Positions 28,978 to 38,842 of a stretch of DNA of 64,000 nt are shown here, in pieces (within the stretch, counting starts at the first letter, position 1; every line of letters begins with the position of its first letter). The position numbers and the translations under genes are program-made. Source of the stretch: Candidatus Latescibacterota bacterium (lineage in GTDB: Bacteria > Latescibacterota > UBA2968 > UBA8231); assembly GCA_965206595.1 (NCBI GenBank), contig OZ242214.1, positions 2,368,001 to 2,432,000 on the forward strand, written 5' to 3'. The notes under the pieces are model-generated. The model was not told the origin of the DNA, did not search any database, and saw nothing but the letters and a program-made list of their open reading frames with translations.

Positions 28978-29879
28978 CCTCAGTCAGGTAATCAGATATC
29001 AATATCAGCTTGAACCGATGTTTGAAATCGATACAATCGCCGTTCCATGCATTCCACAATCATCTCCCGGCGCAAGGGGCTCATTAGTGGCTGGAACTCA
29101 CTGTCAAGCATTTCTTTGAACTGTCGTAGGAATTGAGGTCGGTATAGACCTGAGAGCACTGCACGGAGATCGGGATAGGAATGGTGGATTTTCTGAATGA
29201 GGGAAAAATGATCGGGGTCGTCTTCTCCATTCCAGCCAGTTTTTGGTTTCGAGTTTTTGACATACCGCTCGAAGAAGGCATGCAACCGTTGCGGATCAGG
29301 ATTCTGTTTTACAGCTTGAAGTTTCGACTCTGAATCGTTCCAGAAAAGTGCACGTGCGCTGTCGTAAATGGGAGCAAAAAAAGACTCATGGCGTGCGTGG
29401 GTGTGAACCACGACTCCCCAATTGTAATGATGCCGATCATTATTCCCTACGATGGCATCGAAAGCGAGCATTCGAGTGTACGCCCCAAGAATGGAACTCG
29501 CCTGACCGGGAAACTGAACTTTAATAGCTTCCTCGATGAACTGGAAAGTAAACAAATCCCGGGTTGCTCCAGCCCGCTCTACTTCTTCTACAAAATCCTT
29601 GTCTTCCAGGTAGCCTGCAAATATCTCAGCCTCGTGAACAAGGCTTTGATTGGGTCCGAGGAAATACCGGCTTAGGAATCGGACCTGACCATGCGCTGAA
29701 ACGAGCAAAGACGCGGCCATTTTCAGACCGAGCAGTTGCCCCACCCTCGTAAGCAAATGCTCCGTAACAGACTCGTTAGGGTACCATTTATGCCCAACCT
29801 TGGCAATATACGCGGGCCATTTTCGAGGATTGGACCGCTTGGCTTTTCCATAGGTGTAGACGCGTATGAAGTTCTTTGG

Positions 29880-31500
29880 GTAACCGTTCAGTCCCCCCTG
29901 CAGTAGTTTGAGCATATAAAGAAATACCTAAGCGGGTTTTCGGGTTCGTCGGTATTTTCGGGATCGGTTGTGTGTTGCAGATTTCCCTGGATACGGCGAC
30001 CCCATGAAGAGACCTCCTGAGAGTACGATTTCCGAAGGCGACCTGCGCCAGCGCATTGTCCAGCTTGAGCAGATCGTGGAACAACAGACGGCGCGCATCG
30101 GGGAGCTGGAGCGGGAATTGGCCCGCCGCAAGGGGCGCTCCCGCCGCGGTGCCCGGGCCGCCTCGTCGCAATCGGGCGCTTCCTCCTCGCCGCGCACCGA
30201 CACCTCCCGACGCCGATCCTCGGGGCGCTCGCCGGGCGGACAGCCCGGGCACGAAGGACCCGGCCGCTCGTGGGTATCGGTGGAGCAGGTGGACGAACGG
30301 ATCCCGGTCAAGCCGAGTACGTGCCACGGATGCGGGCACCCGTTGACGGGAGACGATCCTCATCCGCAGCGTCACCAGGAAGTCGTCCTCCCGCCGCTGC
30401 GGGCCGAGGTCATCGAGTATCAGTTGCACACCCTGCGCTGCGGTCACTGCGACCGCCTGACCGCAGCCGGTTTGGCCCGAGGGCGTGTCGCGCCACACCT
30501 TCGGTCCCAGCGTGCAAGCCTGGGTCGGCCTGCTGGCCGGGGCCTACCGGCTGAGCAAGCGCAACATCCGGGCGTTGTTGTCCGACGCCTTCGGCCTCGA
30601 GGTGTCGCTGGGTACGGTCAGCCGACTGGAACGGGAGGTGGCCGCGGCCCTGGCGGCTCCGGTCGAGGAGGCGCGCGCCTTCGTTCGCCGACAGGGCCTC
30701 GTCAACGTCGACGAGACCGGCTGGCGCCAGCGCCGCGCCAAGGCCTGGTTGTGGACCGCGGTGACGGCCGGCGTCACCGTGTTCGCCATTCGCCCAAGCC
30801 GGGGACGGGACGGGGTCGATGAGGTGCTGGGTGCGGACAACCGGGCGGTGGTCGGCTCCGATCGCTATTCGGCCTACGCGCATCTGCCGCTACGACGCCG
30901 GCACGTGTGCTGGGCTCATCTGCGGCGCGCCTTCGAGGAGTTCGTGGCCCGGGGCGGAGAGGCCGGGCGCGTCGGTCAACACCTGTTGGACCGCAGCGAG
31001 CAGCTGTTTACCTGGTGGCATCAAGTCCGCGACGGCACCCTGTCCCGCGCCCGCTTCCAGGACTATATCGACGATTTGTGTCTGCGCTTTCGTTTTCATT
31101 TGTGCTATGGTCAGCAGTTCGCCGACGCCAAGACGGCGGCCACCTGCGCCAATCTCCTCGACCTCGGGCCGGCCCTGTGGACCTGCGCACGCCGGCCCGG
31201 CGTCGAGCCGACCAACAACGAAGCCGAACGAGCCCTTCGCCATGGCGTGTTGTGGCGTCACACCAGCTTCGGTACCCACAGTGCCGAAGGCAGCCGTTTC
31301 GTAGAGCGCCTGCTCACGGTACGCGATACCCTGCGCCAGCAGCAGCGCAACGTCCTCGACTATCTCAGGATGGCCTGTGACGCGGCCGTGTCTCAGCAGC
31401 CGGCGCCCTCGCTGCTGCCTTCAACCCACTCCGCCATTCGCTAATATTCTGCTACCATTCCGCCCCCGGCCCCAACCTGCCAGGGGAACTGAACGGTTAC
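29880..31500 (+). mobile_element. IS66 family element (single-ORF, ISBst12-like), 1621 bp
   Basis: Terminal IRs GTAACCGTTCAGT at both ends; 8-bp TSD TTCTTTGG at 29872-29879 and 31501-31508. Confidence 0.95.
30004..31444 (+). CDS. IS66 transposase; 1-nt frameshift at ~30475
   Basis: GGQPGH, CxxC zinc finger, VDETGW, SDRYSAY, CWAHL, TNNEAERALR. Confidence 0.9.
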
Positions 31501-31702
31501 TTCTTTGGAGCCTCGCCGGCAATGGTTTGGTCCACTATGGTGTAATACCCCTTGCGAAGAGGAGGCAACACGCCTTGGCTGCTGATCTCGAATCCAGACC
31601 AATTGATCACTTGCTCCTGCGACAGCTGTTGCTCCAATAGCCCAGAGCGGTATGGCACAGTGGTTTCGAATCTCCCATCAAAATCAAGTAACTTCGACAA
31701 AT

Positions 31703-31803
31703 GAGCTTGGTACGCAGACTCAAGGGGTGAGCCCGTGTTTCTCGAAGCGGCGGTAGAGCGCCGCCCGGCTCAGGCCCAGGGCCTGGGCCACCCGGCTGAT
31801 GTT
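31703..31803. repeat. Direct repeat copy B
   Basis: Matches 28406-28506. Confidence 0.92.
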
Positions 31804-33087
31804 CCCCTTGTAGTGCTCCATGCAGCGGACGATCATCGAGCGCTCCAGCTCGTCGAGGGTCATGGTTCCCGGGGCCGGCAGGCCGGCCTGCCCACCCTGC
31901 CCTTCCACGGGCTGCATCGCCAGGGCGGCTTCGAAATCGCCGGTCCCGAGGACCTGGCCGGAGCTCATCAGGGCGGTCCGCTCCACCAGCTGCTTGAGCT
32001 GGCGGATGTTGCCCGGCCAGGGCAGGGCCTGCAGCCAGCCGAGGGCGGCGGCCTCGATCTCCAGGTCGCGGCGGTATACATGGGCGGCTCCCAGAGCGAA
32101 GTGGCGCGCCAGCTGCGGTATGTCCCCCGGCCTCTGGCGCAGGGGTGGCAGGTGCAGGACGATGAGGTTGAGGCGGTAGAGCAGGTCCTCGCGGAAGGCC
32201 CCCGACTCGACCAGCTCCAGCAGGTTGCGGTTGGTCGCCGAGATCACCCGCACGTCGACGGAACGGGTCCTGCTCGACCCCAGCACTTCGTAGGTGCGGT
32301 CCTGCAGCACGCGCAGGAGCTTGACCTGGCAGCCCGGGGCGAGGTCGCCGATCTCGTCGAGGAAAATGGTCCCTCCGTCGGCCAGGGCGAAGCGGCCGGC
32401 GCGATCCTGCCGCGCGTCGGTGAAGGCCCCCCTGACGTGCCCGAACATCTCGCTTTCGAACAGGGTCGTGGAGATGCCGCCGAGGTTGACCTTGACGAAC
32501 GGCTGCTCGCCGCGGCTGCTGTTGCGGTAGAGGGCCTGGGCGATCTCGTCCTTTCCGGTGCCGCTCTCCCCAGTGATCAGCACCGATGCCTCGGTGGGGG
32601 CGACGCGGCGGACGGCCTCGAGCAGCTTGAGGAGCTCGGGGTCGGAGCCGATGATGTTGGTGAAGTCCCCCCGGCGGTCCAGCTCCTCGCGGGTCACGGT
32701 TTTGGTCGCCGGTGTTGCCGCGGCGAGGCCGAGGGCGGTCTTCACCGCCTGCTGGATCTGGCTGTTGTTCCAGGGCTTGGTGACGAAGTCCGCGGCCCCG
32801 GCCTTGATCCCCTGCACCGCCAGCTCGATGGAGCCCCAGGCGGTAATCAGGATGACCGGCAGGCGCGGCCACCGCTGCTTGATCTCCCGCAGCAGCTCCA
32901 TCCCCTCCTCGCCGCTAGTCCTGCGCGAGAAGTTCATGTCCTGCAGGACCAGCTCGCACGGACCGCGAGCCAGCGATTCGAGGGCCTCCTGCGGAGAGGC
33001 CGCGGTCGCTGTCCGGTACCCCGCCTGCTTGAGCAGCAGGGACAGGGATGCAGTCACCGAGCTGTCGTCGTCCACTACCAGGATCAT
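31720..33087 (-). CDS. Sigma54-dependent response regulator (NtrC family)
   Basis: Receiver VVDDD, GESGTGK, GAFTDA, FLDEIG, Fis HTH. Confidence 0.95.
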   Translation of the reverse strand: MILVVDDDSSVTASLSLLLKQAGYRTATAASPQEALESLARGPCELVLQDMNFSRRTSGEEGMELLREIKQRWPRLPVILITAWGSIELAVQGIKAGAADFVTKPWNNSQIQQAVKTALGLAAATPATKTVTREELDRRGDFTNIIGSDPELLKLLEAVRRVAPTEASVLITGESGTGKDEIAQALYRNSSRGEQPFVKVNLGGISTTLFESEMFGHVRGAFTDARQDRAGRFALADGGTIFLDEIGDLAPGCQVKLLRVLQDRTYEVLGSSRTRSVDVRVISATNRNLLELVESGAFREDLLYRLNLIVLHLPPLRQRPGDIPQLARHFALGAAHVYRRDLEIEAAALGWLQALPWPGNIRQLKQLVERTALMSSGQVLGTGDFEAALAMQPVEGQGGQAGLPAPGTMTLDELERSMIVRCMEHYKGNISRVAQALGLSRAALYRRFEKHGLTP

Positions 33088-33176
33088 CGCGGGATGTCCT
33101 TTATCGGGAAGATCGAATCTACCGGAACAGTTCGCGCCTGGAGGCTCGGCAGGAATTGGACTTGCTCCCAGGCGGA

Positions 33177-33485
33177 CTATCCGGCTGCCCTTCGCAATCC
33201 CTTCCAGGGCTCGATTTTCGCCAGGTCCGCGGCGAGGATCTCTTCCGCCACTTCGGTGTCATAAGCAGCCTGCGCTCTCAGCCAATACCCCTTGGAAAGA
33301 CCGAAAAAGCGGCACAAGCGCAGGTCCGTGTCGGCGGTTATGGTCCGCTTGCCGGACACGATCTCACTGATGCGCTGGGCGGGAACATCTATTTCCTTGG
33401 CGAGGCGGTACTGCGAGAGCCCCATGGGCAACAAGAACTCCTCTCGCAACAGTTCCCCGGGGGTCACAGGTTTGAGCTTGGGCAT
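33177..33485 (-). CDS. higA: HigA family antitoxin
   Basis: PGELLREEFL.PMGLSQYRLAKEI..QRISEIV.GKR.ITADT.LRL..WL..Q..YD; AGGAG RBS. Confidence 0.92.
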   Translation of the reverse strand: MPKLKPVTPGELLREEFLLPMGLSQYRLAKEIDVPAQRISEIVSGKRTITADTDLRLCRFFGLSKGYWLRAQAAYDTEVAEEILAADLAKIEPWKGLRRAAG

Positions 33486-33494
33486 TTCCATCTC

Positions 33495-33605
33495 CTAATG
33501 GTAGTCGACGATCTCGACATCTGCCGCCCCGGCAGCCGTCCATCGGAAGTACAACCGAAACTGGTCGTTCAGCCGGATGCTGTACTGCCCGGCCCGATAC
33601 CCGAC
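33495..33605 (-). pseudogene. higB: HigB toxin C-terminal remnant
   Basis: RAGQYSIRLNDQFRLYFRW...DVEIVDYH*; N-terminal part replaced by the permease 3' end. Confidence 0.85.
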
Positions 33606-34880
33606 TCAGTCGTGATGCAACGCCTCGGCCGGGCGCACGCGCGCCGCCAGCCAACTGGGGTATAGCCCGCACAGAATCACAAGCAGATAGAGCACCACGG
33701 CACCCGCGGCCAGGCCGGCGACGAGGACATGAGTCGGTATCCAGCTGTCCAGCAGCAATTGTGGCAGATCAAATTGGAGGATGGGCACGCAGCCCAGGAC
33801 GATGGCCGTAGTCGCCAGCACGGCCAGCTCGCCGAGGAAGAGGCCGTAGACGTTGCCGGCGGCGGCCCCCACCGCCCGGCGGACCCCGATCTCCCGGGTG
33901 CGGCGGCGCACGTTCTGCCACATTATTCCGGTCAGACCCAGGGTCACCATGAGCATCAGCAGGCTGGTGAGCAGGGCGGTATTTTTCAGATTCCCGACCT
34001 GCCGGGCTTGGTTACTGTCCTGCATCTCCGCAAGAGAGCGCACGTTGAAGCGTATGGCCTGATCCGCCGGAACGACCGCCCGAACTTTACTTCTGAGCTT
34101 TTCGCCAAAGTCAGGTCCGGTCCCCAAGGGGGTTTTTGCGAGTAGATGGACGCCGGTGTGTGACTCGAGCGTATTGACATTCGCGTTGGAAAAAAAGAAA
34201 AAGAGCGTACCCGGCACCTCCTTCTGTGAGGACCCGTACTTTCCGTAATAGAAACAATTTTCCACGACGCCCACTACGAGTAACTTGGTGAACCGAAAAT
34301 GAAACATCATGTTTATGTAACGATACCTATCCTGTCCGGACTTCTGTCTTAATTCATCCGCGTCGATGATCTTTCCCAGCGGGTCCTGGTCGCCAAAGAG
34401 GACGCGGCTGAGCCTCAGGTCTATGACGACCGGATGCCGGTTCCCCGAGAGGGCCTCGTCCTCCGGCTCGAACCAGCGCCCGCTGTGCATCCGCAGCCCC
34501 AGCGTTTCCAACCCCTCCCTGGAGATGTAGACCGCGGTAATCCCGTTCCACACGCCGGGACTTCCGAACGGCGACTGCTCCGCAAGTGCGACGGATTCGA
34601 CCGGACCGAGTGCCTCAATTTCTCGCCAGACCAGTTTGACAGTGTGCCCCAAGGCGGACGACTGCTCTTCGCCTGGATCCGGCTTCCAATCGTGCCTGCC
34701 CAGGTTGACCGCCCACACATCCTCGTACTCGAAACCCAGCCGCTCCAGACTTTCGACGGCCCACAACACCCAGCCGACGCCCATGAGGGCAACGATCAAA
34801 AACACCAGGGTCAGTTCGCCGACCAGCAACAGGTTGGTCCGCCGCCGGTTCCACGCCAGGCGGCACAGGTGGAGGATCAT
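33606..34880 (-). CDS. MacB/FtsX-family ABC transporter permease
   Basis: GRWF, RTREIGVRRAVGA, YPSWLAARVRPAEALHHD. Confidence 0.9.
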   Translation of the reverse strand: MILHLCRLAWNRRRTNLLLVGELTLVFLIVALMGVGWVLWAVESLERLGFEYEDVWAVNLGRHDWKPDPGEEQSSALGHTVKLVWREIEALGPVESVALAEQSPFGSPGVWNGITAVYISREGLETLGLRMHSGRWFEPEDEALSGNRHPVVIDLRLSRVLFGDQDPLGKIIDADELRQKSGQDRYRYINMMFHFRFTKLLVVGVVENCFYYGKYGSSQKEVPGTLFFFFSNANVNTLESHTGVHLLAKTPLGTGPDFGEKLRSKVRAVVPADQAIRFNVRSLAEMQDSNQARQVGNLKNTALLTSLLMLMVTLGLTGIMWQNVRRRTREIGVRRAVGAAAGNVYGLFLGELAVLATTAIVLGCVPILQFDLPQLLLDSWIPTHVLVAGLAAGAVVLYLLVILCGLYPSWLAARVRPAEALHHD

Positions 34881-35041
34881 ATTCTCTTCCCGGTCAGGGC
34901 CTGCACGGGGTGCAGGCGCGCCATTTTCCAGGCCGGGTAGGCGCCGGACAGCGCGCCGAAAAGCACGGCGCACAGGGTGCCGTAAGCGAAGGTGCGAAGC
35001 AGGAGCAGGATGTTGAGGGCTCCCGGTTCGAGGTATGTCAA
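34877..35041 (-). pseudogene. 3' remnant of a second FtsX-type permease cut by IS1380
   Basis: LFGALSGAYPAWKMARLHPVQAL..*, stop overlapping the next ATG; abuts the IS end. Confidence 0.8.
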
Positions 35042-36901
35042 CCTTTGTTATTCATTCAACCCGCGCATAAGCGGACATAGGCGCTTCCGAGACCCCTTTG
35101 CTTAGCCTCAGAGGCTTGCGTCCCTTCTATAGTCGGCTTTTTGGGTAGAGCCGTCTCCTTATCTCTACCGACCTTGTTGAAATTGTACGCGCCTTCTCGA
35201 AGACGCTTGCCTTTGCGAGCCCATCATCCCGACCGACCCGGCCTGCGCTTACGCCATCGCCGCGTCCACCGGTTTGAGCGTGGCCAGAAATCTCCACAGA
35301 CGATCCCAGGCAGCCGCCGTCCCTTGGGTCAGGATGACGCCCACCCTGCGCCCATGCAAGGTGACGCGGGACGGCAGGCGCAGGTAGCGCCGTCGAAAAC
35401 TGTCCAGGCTCAGGGCCGTCGTCGAGCGTCCGTATGTGCGGGGCCGCCCGCGTCGGGCCTCGGCGCGTTCGGCGGCCTGGCGGCCCAGGTGAAGCAGGTT
35501 GTAGGCCAGCAGGTTCAAGGTCAGAAGCGCCTGGTTGGCAGCGAAGGCATCCCGGGACGGGGTGCGCTGACGCGGCTCTCGACCCCGGTAGTGTTGCTTG
35601 CGACGGGTGGTAGAGGAGAGCTGAGGCTGGAGGGTGGAGCTCAACTCGCCGAGCATGCGCTCGAAAAGGCCGCGCTGACGATAAAAGGCGACCAGGTCGC
35701 GGCCGCTCATCGTCTGGGGACTCTGGTCGGTGATCAGGAAGAAGTGGCGGGCGATGGGCAGCTCTTCCGTCTCGGAAGGGACCAGGACCAACACCACCCG
35801 CCGGGGCTGCGCCCAGGACCTGGCTTGATAGCGCAGCTCGCGACAGCGAAAACCCTCTTCCCGCAGCTCTTCCGGGTGCTGCGCCAGCTCCTGCTGATAG
35901 CCTTCCACCCAGGCACGAGCCAGCTCCTCCAGGCGCGCATTCTTCTTGATGCGCGCCACGTACGAGGTGTCGGCCCGCGCTTCCAGCTCACTCAGGAAAG
36001 ACCCGCTCACCGAGGCCGCGTCGAAGCGCAGGATGAGGCGCCGGGCCAGATGCGACTGAATCCAGTCCAAGCGCTTGCCGAGAGCCTCTGAGGCGCCCTC
36101 ATGGGCGTGCACGTTGCCCGGCCGCAGCACGGCACCGAAGAAATCGCCCGTCTGCGCCGAGCCGAGGAGCAGGGGATGGTACCCCGAGGCGTGGAAGTAG
36201 CCGTTGTATTCGACCCCCGCCTGGTGCCCGTGCGCCGGCATCGGCAGGGCATCCATGTCGACGGCCAACTCCTCGTATTTCATCCGTCCTTCCAGCAGCC
36301 GGCAACGAGACCGGGCGCTGCGCAGGACGGCTTCCTCCAACACCTCGCGGTTATAGGCAGTCGAGGCTTGCTCGAGCAGGCGCGACAGCGTCGGCTGACT
36401 GGCCAGTCCCTGCGGCCGGTCTTCGTCGCCGCTGCGCAACGGCGCCTGCCCTTTGCGATCGCTGACCGCCAGACGCAGGATCGGATCTTGGCGCAACGCG
36501 TCGGCGTCGGCGGCGTGGGTCCAGCCCTGTGCCAGCAGCACGATCTGTGTGCGCAGCAGCTCCGGCAGCGGGTGCGTGATCTGGTCTTGGGTACGGAGAT
36601 CCTCGAAGTGGGCGTCGACCCAATCCAGAACCCGGCTGTGTTCGAGCAGTTGACGCAACATCAGCGCACCGGTGTCGCTGCCAAGGTGGGTGGGGCGGGC
36701 TTCGATGTGGATGGAGCGGTTGAAAGACGGCTGAATCGGCCCGGCTTGCTCGGACTCGGTGTGTGACGGTAATTCACCCATTGGGTGTCCTACTGTGTGA
36801 TGGGTTCAAAGGGCGATACTGCCTTGTGTTTCCCTCTGAAATCTAAGCATGGGAGGCACCCAGTACAGCCCTCTCCACTAAAATTCCATGAATAACAAGG
36901 G
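35042..36901 (-). mobile_element. IS1380 family element
   Basis: 14-bp IRs CCTTTGTTATTCAT / CCCTTGTTATTCAT; no TSD. Confidence 0.85.
35249..36781 (-). CDS. IS1380 transposase (DDE_Tnp_1_4)
   Basis: SDTGAL, LRQDP, LASQPTLSRL, HGHQAG..YNGYF, LRPGN, YRQRG..E. Confidence 0.9.
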   Translation of the reverse strand: MGELPSHTESEQAGPIQPSFNRSIHIEARPTHLGSDTGALMLRQLLEHSRVLDWVDAHFEDLRTQDQITHPLPELLRTQIVLLAQGWTHAADADALRQDPILRLAVSDRKGQAPLRSGDEDRPQGLASQPTLSRLLEQASTAYNREVLEEAVLRSARSRCRLLEGRMKYEELAVDMDALPMPAHGHQAGVEYNGYFHASGYHPLLLGSAQTGDFFGAVLRPGNVHAHEGASEALGKRLDWIQSHLARRLILRFDAASVSGSFLSELEARADTSYVARIKKNARLEELARAWVEGYQQELAQHPEELREEGFRCRELRYQARSWAQPRRVVLVLVPSETEELPIARHFFLITDQSPQTMSGRDLVAFYRQRGLFERMLGELSSTLQPQLSSTTRRKQHYRGREPRQRTPSRDAFAANQALLTLNLLAYNLLHLGRQAAERAEARRGRPRTYGRSTTALSLDSFRRRYLRLPSRVTLHGRRVGVILTQGTAAAWDRLWRFLATLKPVDAAMA

Positions 36902-38321
36902 CTTAGAGCAGCTCACCTATCTGATCTTCCTCAAGATGGCCGATGAATACGCCAAACCACCGTACAACCGCGATGTCGGCATCCCAGCCGAATTCAACTG
37001 GCAGAGCCTGAAATCGAAGAACGGTGCGGAACTCGAAAACCACTACTTAGCCTTGCTTCGCGCGCTTGGTACCAAGACGGACATGCTGGGCCAGATCTTT
37101 ACCAAAGCCCAGAACAAGATCCAAGACCCGGCGAAACTGTATCGTCTCATCGACATGGTGGACGACACCGAATGGGTGAGAATGGGTGCCGACGTAAAAG
37201 GAGATATTTACGAAGGACTTCTTGAGAAGAACGCCGAAGACCGGCGTACCAAGTCAGGCGCGGGCCAGTATTTCACGCCGCGCGCCCTCATCCGTGCCAT
37301 GGTAGAATGCGTACGGCCCGAGCCTGGCGCACTCATCGCCGACCCGGCCTGCGGTACCGGCGGTTTCTTTCTCGCCGCCTACGACTTCATCACCAATCCA
37401 GACAACTTCAACCTGGACAGGAATCAGAAGGCATTCCTGAAGCACGAGGCGTTTCACGGCAACGAGATCGTCGCCAATACACGCCGTCTGTGCCTGATGA
37501 ACATGTTCCTGCACAACATCGGCGAGATCGACAGCGGCGTGTCCATATCACCCAATGACTCGCTGGTGGCCGATGGCGGAGAGCGCTTTGATTATGTCCT
37601 CGCAAATCCGCCCTTCGGCAAGAAAAGCTCCATGAGCTTCACAAACGAGGAGGGCGAACAGGAGAAAGACGACCTCACCTACAACCGGCAGGACTTCTGG
37701 GCGACGACCTCGAACAAGCAACTCAACTTCGTGCAGCACATCCGCACGATGCTCAAGACCACTGGCCGTGCTGCCGTAGTCGTTCCCGACAACGTGCTGT
37801 TTGAAGGCGGTGCCGGTGAGACGATCCGCAAGAAGCTGCTGGACAACACCGACCTGCACACCATCCTGCGCTTGCCGACCGGCGTGTTCTACGCGCAAGG
37901 CGTCAAGGCCAATGTGATCTTCTTCGACAATCACGAGGCCAGCCCGAATCCCTGGACGAAGCAGGTCTGGTACTACGACTACCGCACCAACATTCACCAC
38001 ACTCTGAAGAAGAACCCGATGCGCTTCGAGGATCTGTCGGACTTCATCAACTGCTATAACCCGCAGAACCGGTATCAGCGCAAGGCGACTTGGGACGAAA
38101 ACGACGCACCGGAAGGCCGTTGGCGCAGTTACAGCTACGAAGAAATCAGCGCACGCGACAAGACCAGTCTCGACATCTTCTGGCTCAAGGACAAAAACCT
38201 GACGGACTTGGACAACCTGCCAGATCCCGACGACCTCGCCGAAGAGATCATCGAGAACATAGAGGCAGGTCTCAACAGCTTCCGCGAGGTGCTCGCAGGT
38301 TTGCGGGTGGTAGGTTCTTGA
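36888..38321 (+). CDS. hsdM: Type I R-M methyltransferase subunit, N-terminally truncated by IS1380
   Basis: EQLTYLIFLKM, GAGQYFTPR, DPACGTGGF, NPPF, LRLPTG; first codons MNNKG come from the IS end. Confidence 0.9.
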   Translation: MNNKGLEQLTYLIFLKMADEYAKPPYNRDVGIPAEFNWQSLKSKNGAELENHYLALLRALGTKTDMLGQIFTKAQNKIQDPAKLYRLIDMVDDTEWVRMGADVKGDIYEGLLEKNAEDRRTKSGAGQYFTPRALIRAMVECVRPEPGALIADPACGTGGFFLAAYDFITNPDNFNLDRNQKAFLKHEAFHGNEIVANTRRLCLMNMFLHNIGEIDSGVSISPNDSLVADGGERFDYVLANPPFGKKSSMSFTNEEGEQEKDDLTYNRQDFWATTSNKQLNFVQHIRTMLKTTGRAAVVVPDNVLFEGGAGETIRKKLLDNTDLHTILRLPTGVFYAQGVKANVIFFDNHEASPNPWTKQVWYYDYRTNIHHTLKKNPMRFEDLSDFINCYNPQNRYQRKATWDENDAPEGRWRSYSYEEISARDKTSLDIFWLKDKNLTDLDNLPDPDDLAEEIIENIEAGLNSFREVLAGLRVVGS

Positions 38322-38842
38322 ACGTACTAACCGGGTACCTCGAACCACGTTGCGCGTACGGGTAGAGCCCTACGGCCTCGTCGGTTAACCGGCATGTCGC
38401 TGTGCGCCAAGGCCAAGCCTGTCGCGCCTGATTCATGAGGGGAACAGCCAGCGCCACAGTTCTCAGATTTACGTGCCCCACCTGCTGCGCTACACCGACC
38501 AAGCCGACATCGTCGCCGGCTTTATTGCCCTCGTGCCGTTCATGGCGGTCGCGTCCCTCCAAGACGTCGACATGCGGGGGGCCGCGGCCGACGATTTTGT
38601 CCTCGCGGTCGCGCCAGCATTTCGAGCTGGGCACATGAGGCCGGATGGTCATAAGGGGATTCCTTGGGAGGGGCCGCCATCGCGACTTGCTGGTCGGAAA
38701 TCGAGGGCAATGTGTCCGTCTGCCCGGGGCGGGGTCGAATTGTGGAGAGCACTGACAGGGCCTTCAGACGGCTTTCTTTGCGGACCTTCCCCCGTGGGGA
38801 GAGGTAATTCGCTGGCCCAGTAACAGGAACGAGAGATGTTCT

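Larger units (their letters stand above)
28992..31700 (-). pseudogene. HipA-like kinase interrupted by IS66
   Basis: 5' part ...IAGEAPK and 3' part PKNFIRVY...FDAIVGNNDRHHYNWG...APIYDS join across the TSD TTCTTTGG; start codon uncertain. Confidence 0.85.

Noticed and set aside
29880-29915. MLKLLQGGLNG start of the HipA-like ORF
   Set aside because: These codons lie inside the IS66 end; the true 5' part is beyond 31500.
38322-38842. hsdS or another gene after hsdM
   Set aside because: No HsdS motifs; only a short unassignable coding-like stretch (~38470-38650).
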